DNA of 64,000 nt, from the NCBI GenBank assembly GCA_965223265.1, contig OZ244999.1, positions 8,480,001-8,544,000 on the forward strand, written 5' to 3'. Shown in pieces: positions 36,628-45,799 of the stretch. The first letter of the stretch is position 1; the number at the start of each line of letters is the position of its first letter. Below the pieces are notes generated by a model. That model was not told the DNA's origin, made no database searches, and worked only from the letters and a program-made list of their open reading frames with translations. Source of the DNA: Planctomycetota bacterium (GTDB lineage Bacteria > Planctomycetota > UBA8108 > SXIK01). A program made the position numbers and the translations under genes.

Positions 36628-37032
36628 ATGGCTGTCAGACTGCGGTTGGTGCGTGTTGGTAAGAAGGGGCGCCCATCTTACCGAATTTGTGCCATCGATC
36701 GGCGCCGCCAGCGCGATGGCGCGTACCTTGAGAATATCGGTTGTTACGACCCGTTTTGTGCGGACGCCCAGAAGCGCGTTCGACTCAAGCGAGACCGCGC
36801 TGAATACTGGATTTCGGTCGGCGCCACGCCTTCGCACACCGTGCGTAGTTTCCTCCGCCGCGAGAGGGTTGAGGGGATCGGAGCGGGTGTCCCGACGAAA
36901 CCACAGAAGCGCCGAAAAAAGAAGCTGTCGGCAAAGAGAATTGCTGCACGAGTCGTCAAGAGGCGTAAAGCCCGCAAGGGTGCCGCCAAAGCGGCCTCTG
37001 GCGCGACGGAAGCCGGTTCGAAAGACAGCTGA
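36628..37032 (+). CDS. rpsP: 30S ribosomal protein S16 with a long Lys/Arg-rich tail
   Basis: MAVRLRLVRVGKKGRPSYRI..RDG.YLE.IG.YDP..YWISVGATPS. Confidence 0.96.
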   Translation: MAVRLRLVRVGKKGRPSYRICAIDRRRQRDGAYLENIGCYDPFCADAQKRVRLKRDRAEYWISVGATPSHTVRSFLRRERVEGIGAGVPTKPQKRRKKKLSAKRIAARVVKRRKARKGAAKAASGATEAGSKDS

Positions 37033-37252
37033 AGAAAACAGTGATCGTCGCCCCGAGCATCTTTTCGACGGTGCCTTTCCGAGAGTACGCGCGGCGACCT
37101 GAGAGCCCCTGGACCTGAACTTTCGCCATCGCGGTGCTGGATTGACGTCGCGATCGCTCGTGTCGATGTGTTGACACCGCGCTGCCCTCTCGGAAGGGCC
37201 GCGCATGGGAGATGAGATATTCAATCGAGCCGACGGAGAGAGACGGATCGCC

Positions 37253-38017
37253 ATGTCGTTCAGCGTCGACATCTTGACCATCTTTCCCGGGATGTTCCCG
37301 GCAGTGCTCGGCGAGAGTATCGTCGGTCGCGCCCAATCGTCGGGGCTCGTTGAGATCGACTACACCGACATTCGGTCGTTCGCTCAGGACCGCCATTTGA
37401 GCGTGGACGACCGGCCTTACGGTGGCGGACCGGGGATGGTGTTCAAACCAGAACCCGTGTTCGCGGCTGTCGACCACGTTCTGGCGCAGGAGCGCGCGCC
37501 GGCGGGTAACACGCGTAAGTTGATCTTGTCGCCGCAGGGGCGACGGTTGGAGCAGGAGCACCTCCGCGACCTGGCGACGGCGAGCTGGGTGGTGCTGCTG
37601 TGCGGTCACTACGAGGGCTTCGACGAGCGCATCCATGTTGGCCTCTCGGAGGCAGGCTTCGAAGAGGTGTCGATTGGCGACTACGTCCTCTCGGGAGGTG
37701 AGATTCCTGCTATGGTCATTCTCGAGGGCGTCGTGCGTCTGCTGCCCGGCGCCATCGGTGATCCGGAGTCCGCAAATCGGGAGAGCTTCGAGGAAGGTCT
37801 TCTCGACTACCCGCAGTACACGCGACCGCCCGAGTTTCGCGGCATGAAGGTGCCCGAGGTGCTTCTCTCCGGAAACCACCCAGAAATCGCGCGTTGGCGA
37901 CAGGAGCAGGCGCTGCAGCGCACACGGCAGCGTCGGAGCGACCTGCTTGGCGATGGCACCGCGGTGGATGGTGCAGGGCTCATCAGCGCGGGAAACGACA
38001 GCAAGTCCGTTTGTTGA
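37253..38017 (+). CDS. trmD: tRNA (guanine-N1)-methyltransferase
   Basis: VDDRPYGGGPGM, LCGHYEGFDER, SIGDYVLSGGE, YPQYTRP. Confidence 0.97.
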   Translation: MSFSVDILTIFPGMFPAVLGESIVGRAQSSGLVEIDYTDIRSFAQDRHLSVDDRPYGGGPGMVFKPEPVFAAVDHVLAQERAPAGNTRKLILSPQGRRLEQEHLRDLATASWVVLLCGHYEGFDERIHVGLSEAGFEEVSIGDYVLSGGEIPAMVILEGVVRLLPGAIGDPESANRESFEEGLLDYPQYTRPPEFRGMKVPEVLLSGNHPEIARWRQEQALQRTRQRRSDLLGDGTAVDGAGLISAGNDSKSVC

Positions 38018-38023
38018 ATTTGA

Positions 38024-38185
38024 GCTGAGCTCGTTGAAAAATCATTCGGCCGAGAAACTGGCCTCTTCATGCCCAACTCGACAGCTTCAATACTCGAAAA
38101 CCTGGGAGATTGCCTCTGTTCGCCGCAGCCGGTCTGGACGGGAAGACCAGTTTTCGACTCGAAGCACTTTTGAGCAAACTGCTAA
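38024..38185. mobile_element. MITE-like element, longer copy (~160 bp), between trmD and rplS
   Basis: gttgaaaaatcattcggccgagaaactggcctcttca..tcaatactcgaaaacc..ctcgaagcacttttgagcaaactgctaa; colinear with the 21205 copy plus ~40 bp extra. Confidence 0.72.
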
Positions 38186-38206
38186 CGGTGAGTGAAAGGA
38201 TGTCAG

Positions 38207-38581
38207 ATGGAATTACTCAAGAAAGTCGAGGCGAGTAGCCTCAAAGAGTCGGTGCCTGATTTTCGCGTCGGCGACACGGTGGACGTTCACGTGCGCATTA
38301 AGGAAGGCGAGAAGGAACGCGTTCAAATCTTTTCTGGCACTGTCATCAAGATTCGCGGTGGACGCGGAATCCACGGCTCGTTCACGGTGCGCCGCATCGT
38401 GCAGAGTGAAGGCGTCGAGCGGGTCTTTCCGTTCCACGCACCCACGATTCAGGACGTCGTCGTCAAGCGGCCTGGCCAGGTGCGTCGCGCCAAACTCTAC
38501 TATCTGCGCAATCGCGTTGGTAAGGCGACGAAGGTGAAGGAACGTGTCGAGTACGGCAAGAAATCGAAGCGCTCTAAGTGA
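38207..38581 (+). CDS. rplS: 50S ribosomal protein L19
   Basis: FRVGDTV, EGEKERVQIF, FTVRR, GVERVFP, VRRAKLYYLR. Confidence 0.97.
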   Translation: MELLKKVEASSLKESVPDFRVGDTVDVHVRIKEGEKERVQIFSGTVIKIRGGRGIHGSFTVRRIVQSEGVERVFPFHAPTIQDVVVKRPGQVRRAKLYYLRNRVGKATKVKERVEYGKKSKRSK

Positions 38582-38701
38582 ACTACTGTTCTGGATTCGT
38601 TTTCTGCACCGACACAAGGTTTCTCGGGGTAGCAACCTCAGAAGGCGCTGAGTCTCGCCGAGCTTGTCGGCTGGGCTCGACGCGAAATGGCCACTCGGAA
38701 G

Positions 38702-39127
38702 CTATAGCTGCAGGAACGCCGGGTACCATTTGATTTCGCAGGTCCTGAGCCGGCCGTTTTCGCGGCGTTCGAACGTCACCGTCACAGCGTCGAGCCGAAG
38801 CATGCCGGGTGGGTCGGTGAGTTCACGATAGTATTTCCAGCAGCTGCGACGCAGCGCCCGTCGCTTGCGGGCGTCGAACGCCTCGAGGCCGGTGAAGTTG
38901 GATTTCAAGTGGGTGGATCTCGACTTGACCTCCACGAAAACGAGTGTGCCTTCGTCCACCCCGACGAGGTCGATTTCGCCGCGGCCGACGCGCGCGTTGC
39001 GGTCGGTGATCGTCAGCCCTTGGGCGCGAAGATAGCGGGCGGCCTCGCGCTCGCCGCGACGCGCAAGTGAGCGACTGACCGGGGTGCGTGCCCATCGCGG
39101 CCAGCGGAAGAGAGTTCCTATCCCCAA
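38702..39127 (-). CDS. yraN: YraN family (UPF0102) PD-(D/E)XK nuclease-like protein
   Basis: GEREAARYL, GEIDLV, LVFVEVKSR, RLDAV. TTG start after GAGGT; start uncertain. Confidence 0.88.
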   Translation of the reverse strand: MGIGTLFRWPRWARTPVSRSLARRGEREAARYLRAQGLTITDRNARVGRGEIDLVGVDEGTLVFVEVKSRSTHLKSNFTGLEAFDARKRRALRRSCWKYYRELTDPPGMLRLDAVTVTFERRENGRLRTCEIKWYPAFLQL

Positions 39128-39533
39128 GTCTGTTACCTCACACTGCCGCCTCGCGCTCGCTGCGACGGTTTCGCCGCGGGTGCCGTGGTCTGACGGACGC
39201 CACGGCGTCATCTCCAGCAATGATCTCGGCGGTGATCCCCGAAGTGGCGAGTCCAAAGCGCCGAACGCTTTGAACTCGCCGACTCGGTTACCGGCCACAA
39301 GCCGGGGGCGCGCCGGACGCGAAAGGCAGATTGCCCCGACGCCGATATGATAACATGAAGATCCCATGACGAACCTCGGCTCCATCCGTCCCAGGCGACA
39401 GCTCGCTACGCCGTTCATGGGTGGGTGTCGGCTGCGTCGTTTGGCGCGGCGACCGAGTCAAGGTTCCCGGCGTCTAGACGCCGTTTGCTTCATGGGAGAA
39501 CTGATCCTCTCGAAACGACCGAATAGCCGCTAA

Positions 39534-40283
39534 ATGAAGAACTCTTCCAACTCGGAAACCGCGACTCGACGTCTTGACGCTGCGGACGACAGGATTTCTG
39601 TGTGCGAAAGCCGGATCGGATACTCTTTCCGGGACGCGACGTTTCTTTCGCAGGCGCTGACACATTCGTCGATCAAGAGTGACGAGTCGCCCTCCAACGA
39701 ACGCCTTGAATTCCTTGGTGATTCGGTCCTCGGCCTCGTCATGACTGAGTTCCTTTACAACTTTTACGACGAGAAGGACGAGGGAGAGCTCACCAAGATC
39801 AAGTCGGTCGTCGTCAGCACCGTGGTGCTGGCCCGTGAAAGCGCACGCCTCGGCTTGAGCGAACTCTACAATGTCGGCAAGGGGGTCGGCCAAAAGCGGC
39901 TGCCGGTGTCGCTTCAAGCGAATGTCTTTGAAGCGGTCGTGGCAGCCATCTACAAGGACGGCGGGCTTGAGTTCGCGCGCCGGTTCATCCTGCGGAACCT
40001 CTATCACCATGTCTTGGCAGTCGCCAAGAATCAGCACAAGAAGAACTACAAGTCGCTGCTGCAGCAATGGATGCAGAAGGAATATAACCAGACGCCAACC
40101 TACGCCGTGATGTCAGAGCACGGACCCGATCACCGCAAGAACTTCGAGGTCGTTGCCGTCGTCGGGAAGACGCGCTACAAGAGCGGACGAGGAACCTCGA
40201 AGAAGGAGGCGGAGCAGCTCGCGGCGCGCGAAACGCTCCTCCAGCTCCTGGGTCCGGAGTCGACTTGGGACAACATCGTCTGA
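39534..40283 (+). CDS. rnc: Ribonuclease III
   Basis: ALTHSS, NERLEFLGDSVL, dsRBD NYKSLLQQ..GPDH..SKKEAEQLAA. Confidence 0.97.
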   Translation: MKNSSNSETATRRLDAADDRISVCESRIGYSFRDATFLSQALTHSSIKSDESPSNERLEFLGDSVLGLVMTEFLYNFYDEKDEGELTKIKSVVVSTVVLARESARLGLSELYNVGKGVGQKRLPVSLQANVFEAVVAAIYKDGGLEFARRFILRNLYHHVLAVAKNQHKKNYKSLLQQWMQKEYNQTPTYAVMSEHGPDHRKNFEVVAVVGKTRYKSGRGTSKKEAEQLAARETLLQLLGPESTWDNIV

Positions 40284-40394
40284 ATCAACCGGCGCGCTCC
40301 TCATGTGTTCTGTCGGCCTAACCCCAGCACCTGAAGAAATGACGAGTCAACACGGTGTGCCATCCCCCGCGCGACGCGACGCTTTGTCGCCACT

Positions 40395-43300
40395 TTGTCT
40401 TCGCGTTCGCGACGACGACCGGTCGCTATGAGTTTCGAACGCGGTGCTAGCGAATCTGCTTCGTCGGGCGACGCAGCGCCGAAGATGGTGTCTGACTCGC
40501 GCGATGGAATCGCCTCGCTCTTGCGCCAGTATGCGGAGTCGCCGGAGGTCGCAGCCGCACATGAGCTCGTTGCGTCGGCCGCGGCGCCAAAGCTCGGAGG
40601 TTTTTGGGGGGCGTCGCTAGGATTCTTCGCGGCTGCTTTCATGTCCAGCCGTGGAGCTCCACGACAGCTGCTCGTAGTGACGGCAAGTCTCGATCGCGCG
40701 TCAGAGCTCTATGAAGAGTTCGCCGCCTTTCTTCCATCGACGGTCAGCTCTTTTCCCGCCTGGGAGTCGCTTTTTCTCGCCGACTCGACGCCCGATGGCG
40801 ACGTCTACCAGCGCCGCGTGACGGCGCTCGAGCAGTTGCTGCGACGAGATGCCGCGCCAGCGATTGTCGTGGCGCCAATTCAGGCGATCGTGCAGCCGGT
40901 CCCGCGTCCTGACGCTCTGACTGAAGAGCGGATTGAGCTCTGCGTCGGCGATGACTTCGGACCGAGAGACTTGGCTGAATCCTTGGCTGCAAAGGGATAC
41001 CGCGCAACCACGCTTGTGGAGAACTGGGGCGAGTTCTCACTGCGAGGGGACGTGCTCGACTTCTATCCTCTTCAGAGCCAACACCCGCTGCGGGTCGAGT
41101 TCTTCGGGGACACGATCGACTCCATTCGCTCGTTCTCGTCGACGACGCAGCGGTCGCTTCCGGACTCTTCGCAGGGATCCTTCCGCCTCCTGACTCTCGA
41201 CCGTGATTCAATGTTTCAGGACTGCATTCGCGATGAAGAGTGCCTGATCACGGACTACCTGAGCGAGTCGGCCGTCGTCTTTTTCGATGATCTCGAGGCG
41301 ATCAAGGAAAGAGCTTCGAGGGTTCTAAAGAATCTCTTGCCCTCCGGTGCGGATTCTATCGCTGAGAGATTCTTCGCCCGGGTTTTTCGTCCTCGGAGTG
41401 TTGACGTCCACGCCCTGCCTACCGCGCAGTCGGACGAGAGCGTCAATCTGGGCTTCGGTTCTGTTGAACGACTCGTCTCGAGAGACATCTCCCGGATCTG
41501 CGACGAGTTGTCGGTGTACGTCGAGTCGGGCGGCGGCGCCATCGTGTATTGCGAATCCGAGGCAGAAGCGAAACGCTTTCGTGAAATCCTCGCCGATCAC
41601 GATTGTAGTGACTTGCCGCGGCTCGAAGTCGAGCTCGGGCCGGTGAGGCGCGGTTTCGAAATCCGCCAGCTGAATCGATCCGTACTGACGAGCCGCGAGC
41701 TGTTCCATCGCCACCTCGTTCAACGAGTCCGACAGCGCCCCATCAAATCGCGCGCGATCGAGTCGTTCGTGGAGCTCTCGAGCGGCGACTACGTCGTTCA
41801 CATGGTGCATGGAATCGCGAAGTTTCATGGCATGGAGCGATTCAAAAAGGATGGAGTCGAACAGGAGTTTCTATCGCTAGGCTTTCGAGGCGGCGTCAAG
41901 ATTTACGTCCCGGTCTCGAAGATCGATCTGATCCAGAAGTACGTCGGCAGTGGTGGACGGCCGCCGCTTCTCGATCGTATCGGCGGCAAGAGTTGGTCCA
42001 AGAAAAAGGAGAGTGTCGAGACCGCGCTGCTCGACTTTGCAGGAGATCTCCTCCAGATTCAGGCTCTTCGCCATGAAAGAACCGGGATCCGTTTTCCCGA
42101 GGACTCACAGATGCAGCGCGAGTTTGAGGCACTTTTTCCGTTCGACGACACCCCCGACCAAGTGGTGGCGACCGAGGCAATCAAGGAGGACATGCAGTCG
42201 CCGCGACCCATGGATCGTCTGATTTGTGGTGACGTCGGCTACGGCAAGACCGAGCTGGCCATGCGATCTGCGTTCAAAGCGGTCGAGGGTGGTAAGCAAG
42301 TCGCGGTCCTCGTGCCGACGACAGTCCTGGCGCAGCAGCACTTCCGCACGTTTTCTGCGCGCATGAAATCGTTTCCCATGATTCTTGAGGTGCTGAGTCG
42401 TTTTCGTACTGGCCGAGAGCAAACCGAGATCCTCGCTGCCGCAGCGGAGGGGCGGGTAGATATTCTCATCGGAACGCATCGACTGCTGTCGAAGGACGTC
42501 GTTTTCAAAGATCTCGGGCTCGTCATCGTCGACGAGGAACAACGATTCGGTGTTGAGCACAAGGAGAAGCTCAAGCGTCTGCGGTCGACTGTGGACGTCC
42601 TGACACTGACGGCGACTCCCATTCCCCGCACGCTTCACATGTCGGTACTCGGGTTGAGAGACATATCGAGTCTGCGAACGCCGCCGCTCGGGCGAACTGC
42701 CGTTAAGACCGAGGTGATCCGATTTGAGCCGAAGCGGATCCGAGAGATGATCATCCGCGAGCTCAATCGTGACGGGCAGGTGTTCTTCATTCACAACCGC
42801 ATCCATGACATCGACCGCGTACGGCACGAGCTCGAGAGAGCGGTGCCGGAAGCACGCTTTGCCGTAGCTCACGGACGCATGAAGGAAGAAGAACTTGAAG
42901 AGGTGATGGTGAAGTTCATCGGCCAAGAGGTCGACGTCCTTCTGTCGACGACGATCGTCGAGAATGGCATAGATATCCGTAACGCAAACACGATGTTCAT
43001 CGACGAAGCGGATCGCTACGGACTCTCCGAGATGCATCAGCTGCGCGGGCGCGTGGGCCGCCACACCCACCAAGCCTTTTGCTACCTGATCCTGCCGGAT
43101 CACCGACGGATCAATCCGGATGCGGAGAAACGACTGCAGGCTTTGGTGGAGTTTGCGGACCTCGGTGCCGGATTCCAAATCGCCATGCGTGATTTGGAGA
43201 TCCGCGGCTCCGGAAATATCCTCGGCCCAGAGCAGAGCGGGCACATCGCCGCCGTCGGATATGACATGTATTGCCGGCTGCTTGAGAAGACCGTGCGCCG

Positions 43301-43838
43301 TTTACGCAACGAAGACTATGCTGAGCCAGTGCATGTGGAGGTTGATCTTGCGGTGCAGGCGATGATTCCCGATGAGTATCTCTCCAGCGAGGGACTCAAG
43401 CTCGAGATCTACCGGCACGTCTCGTACGCACGCACGCCTGAGGATCTCGACGAGCTGGCCGACGAGCTGAAGGATCGCTTCGGGGAGCTCCCCGACGCAG
43501 TGAGGACACTTCTCGACATTCAAATGCTTCGTGTCCTGGCGGCGGCGAATGGTATCGAGCGTCTCACCCAAGAGGCGTCGAACCTCGTCCTCGAGGGGCG
43601 GGAGACACTCAAGAATCTACTTGAAAACTGCACTCAACCGGTCACGGTATTGAATAGCCGAACGGTGGCGATTCCCCTGGTGGATCGGCGGCGCAAACGC
43701 CGCGCCGCCGCCGTCGAGGTCGACGATGAGTTCGTTTTTCGAGTCGCGCTGCGTTGGCTGCAGACCAAGGAGTTCCCGCAAGATCTATTGAGACCCGGGA
43801 GAGCAGCGCGTGCCCGTCGAGTTGACGTGAAGAGGTGA
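40395..43838 (+). CDS. mfd: Transcription-repair coupling factor
   Basis: GDYVVH..HG, MDRLICGDVGYGKTE, VDEEQRFGV, TATPIPRT, QLRGRVGR, RDLEIRG.GN.LG, TRCF domain. Start uncertain (40428 or 40485). Confidence 0.96.
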   Translation: MSSRSRRRPVAMSFERGASESASSGDAAPKMVSDSRDGIASLLRQYAESPEVAAAHELVASAAAPKLGGFWGASLGFFAAAFMSSRGAPRQLLVVTASLDRASELYEEFAAFLPSTVSSFPAWESLFLADSTPDGDVYQRRVTALEQLLRRDAAPAIVVAPIQAIVQPVPRPDALTEERIELCVGDDFGPRDLAESLAAKGYRATTLVENWGEFSLRGDVLDFYPLQSQHPLRVEFFGDTIDSIRSFSSTTQRSLPDSSQGSFRLLTLDRDSMFQDCIRDEECLITDYLSESAVVFFDDLEAIKERASRVLKNLLPSGADSIAERFFARVFRPRSVDVHALPTAQSDESVNLGFGSVERLVSRDISRICDELSVYVESGGGAIVYCESEAEAKRFREILADHDCSDLPRLEVELGPVRRGFEIRQLNRSVLTSRELFHRHLVQRVRQRPIKSRAIESFVELSSGDYVVHMVHGIAKFHGMERFKKDGVEQEFLSLGFRGGVKIYVPVSKIDLIQKYVGSGGRPPLLDRIGGKSWSKKKESVETALLDFAGDLLQIQALRHERTGIRFPEDSQMQREFEALFPFDDTPDQVVATEAIKEDMQSPRPMDRLICGDVGYGKTELAMRSAFKAVEGGKQVAVLVPTTVLAQQHFRTFSARMKSFPMILEVLSRFRTGREQTEILAAAAEGRVDILIGTHRLLSKDVVFKDLGLVIVDEEQRFGVEHKEKLKRLRSTVDVLTLTATPIPRTLHMSVLGLRDISSLRTPPLGRTAVKTEVIRFEPKRIREMIIRELNRDGQVFFIHNRIHDIDRVRHELERAVPEARFAVAHGRMKEEELEEVMVKFIGQEVDVLLSTTIVENGIDIRNANTMFIDEADRYGLSEMHQLRGRVGRHTHQAFCYLILPDHRRINPDAEKRLQALVEFADLGAGFQIAMRDLEIRGSGNILGPEQSGHIAAVGYDMYCRLLEKTVRRLRNEDYAEPVHVEVDLAVQAMIPDEYLSSEGLKLEIYRHVSYARTPEDLDELADELKDRFGELPDAVRTLLDIQMLRVLAAANGIERLTQEASNLVLEGRETLKNLLENCTQPVTVLNSRTVAIPLVDRRRKRRAAAVEVDDEFVFRVALRWLQTKEFPQDLLRPGRAARARRVDVKR

Positions 43839-45088
43839 AAGTGAACGAGGTCGAGGTTGTCAGCGCCAGTTCCGAAGCGGTGGCGGATTCCTCGCGGGGA
43901 GCTTTTGCAATGAGCCTGACGACCCTGAGCGCCGCTCTTCTTTGCGGCACGACGATCTTTGGCCAGGTCGAGCCGCGTGCCGGTATCGTCGCTGAGGTCG
44001 GCGACTCGATCATCACACGGGCGGAGCTCGACCAGGAGCTCTTCTATAACCGCACCACGGCACCGGTGACGGTGTCAGGACGCTTGCTCGCCTGGCATCG
44101 CCTTCAGCACGAGCATCAGGTGCTCGAGCAACTCATCGACTACAAGTTGATCCTTGAGCGAGTCCGACGCCTTGAAGCAAAGGAAGAAAAGCCGTTCGTC
44201 TCCGAGGGAGAGGTTGAGCACGGATTGCAGGCGCGCTTGAAGAAACTGAAGGAGGAGGGATATTCGCCGCGCTCGGTGGATGATCTCTACAAGTATTTCC
44301 GCACGAGTTTAGGGTTCGACAAGAAGCGGACTCGGGAGTTTATTCGTAACCGGATCGCCGTCAGTAAATTCAAACACACCATGCATCAGAAGTTTCTGAA
44401 CGGTTGGGTAGCACCTCAGGAAGCACGCTATTACTACGAGACGCACAAGGATTCTTTCACCACGCCCCTGGAGATTTCGTTTCGGCGCATCTTTCTGAGG
44501 GAGGGACGGCTCAACGTTCAAGAAGCGATCGATGCGATCAAGACCGGCCTGAAGGACGGTGAGGATTTCGTCGAGCTCGCGGCCGTGTGGTCGCAGGAGG
44601 CCGTCGAAGGGAATCCTGATCTCGCAGGGGCACTCCAGACCAAGGACTTCGAGGAGATCAAACACTACCACCAGCCGACGCCTCAGGTCCTCGCCACGCT
44701 CAAGGCGGGAGAGGTCTCCGAGCCGGTTCACACGGCGGTGGGTGTCTTTTTCTACAAGGTTGAAGACGTCGTGCAGGGAACACCTGAATCGTTTACGGAA
44801 GCCTTTGATCGTATCCAACAGCTCATTCTGTATCGTCGTCGCCTCGCGATCGATGAGCGTTTATTGCGGGAGGCGAGGAAGGGGGCTCACATCAGGATCC
44901 TACTTCCGCCGTTGCCGCCGCGACCTGACACTGACGAGCCAAGTGCGGATTCCGAGACGACAGACGACACGGAGGCCGAGCCTTCTCAGCCAGAGAGCGA
45001 AAAGGAAGAGGGTGGGCTCGGAAAACCTGAACCCGAGACGGGCGCGTCACGATCTGGGCGTGAAGAGGCCAGTTTCTCGGCCGAATGA
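43835..45088 (+). CDS. SurA/PpiC-type peptidyl-prolyl isomerase
   Basis: IVAEVGDSIIT (SurA-N), FVELAAVWS, LKAGEVSEPVHT..G; follows mfd; start possibly 43910. Confidence 0.8.
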   Translation: MKVNEVEVVSASSEAVADSSRGAFAMSLTTLSAALLCGTTIFGQVEPRAGIVAEVGDSIITRAELDQELFYNRTTAPVTVSGRLLAWHRLQHEHQVLEQLIDYKLILERVRRLEAKEEKPFVSEGEVEHGLQARLKKLKEEGYSPRSVDDLYKYFRTSLGFDKKRTREFIRNRIAVSKFKHTMHQKFLNGWVAPQEARYYYETHKDSFTTPLEISFRRIFLREGRLNVQEAIDAIKTGLKDGEDFVELAAVWSQEAVEGNPDLAGALQTKDFEEIKHYHQPTPQVLATLKAGEVSEPVHTAVGVFFYKVEDVVQGTPESFTEAFDRIQQLILYRRRLAIDERLLREARKGAHIRILLPPLPPRPDTDEPSADSETTDDTEAEPSQPESEKEEGGLGKPEPETGASRSGREEASFSAE

Positions 45089-45109
45089 CTTTTTCAGGCG
45101 GGCTGTTAA
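45052..45109 (-). mobile_element. Partial MITE-like copy in reverse orientation, overlapping the isomerase 3' end
   Basis: Reverse complement ttaacagcccgcctgaaaaagtcattcggccgagaaactggcctcttcacgcccaga matches the left arm of the 21205 and 38024 copies. Confidence 0.75.
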
Positions 45110-45178
45110 CGTTAGAAGCCTGTTGAACTCTGTGGACTGTTTGTCCGCCGGGGGCCCTGACAGCGATGACCACGACAC

Positions 45179-45751
45179 ATGAAGGATGGCAAATCCCGGG
45201 TCGCGTGGGTTGAGACGGTGACGCCGTCGGCAGCGACTGGAGCGCTGGCACGAGAGTACGAGGCCGCACTCGAGCGCAGCGGTCGAGTCTCAAACGTCTT
45301 GCGGATTTCGAGTCTCAACCCGAAGACGCTGTCGACGTGGGTGAGGCTCTACCGCGACGTGATGTTCAGTGACTCCCCTTTGACGCGAGTCGAACGGGAG
45401 CTGATCGCCGTTGTGGTCTCGCAGGTGAACGGTTGCCACTACTGACTGGTGGCTCATGCAGAGGACCTCCGGTCGGAGGTTACGCCAGATCGCGCCGAAT
45501 GGGTCCAGGAAGTGCAGCGTAACTGGCGCGATGCGACATTGACCGCCAGAGAAAGTGCGCTCTGCGAGTACGCCGATAAGCTGACTCGCGATCCGCCACA
45601 TGTGGTGGAGGCTGACATTCAAGCACTGCGCGCCGCAGGTCTGGATGATCGGGCGATCGTCGACACCGCCCACGTGGTTGGGTTCTTCGCTTACGCAAAC
45701 CGTTTGGTCGATGGGCTCGGCTGTCAGCTGGAACCCGATCGGAAAGCTTGA
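45179..45751 (+). CDS. AhpD-like / CMD-family peroxidase-related selenoprotein (Sec at TGA 45443-45445)
   Basis: ORFs 45179-45445 and 45449-45751 are in frame: ERELIAVVVSQVNGCHY-TGA-LVAH equals the CxxC..H motif as CxxU; C-terminal FFAYANRLVDGLG; hairpin downstream of the UGA. Confidence 0.87.
45464..45481 (+). promoter_or_regulatory. Putative bacterial SECIS hairpin
   Basis: GACCTCC-GGTC-GGAGGTT; the G-initiated apical loop starts 26 nt after the UGA. Confidence 0.7.
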
Positions 45752-45799
45752 AGCGACTACTTCACCCGGAAGGGCGCGTTCGACCGGCTCCGGCAGGTA

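Noticed and set aside
37033-37252. rimM or KH-protein pseudogene
   Set aside because: No residual similarity in the frames inspected; the gap is only 220 bp and is better explained as structured non-coding sequence.
45179-45751. Two separate genes or a pseudogene
   Set aside because: The TGA falls on the catalytic Cys position, the frame continues and a SECIS-like hairpin follows; Sec readthrough is the better explanation.
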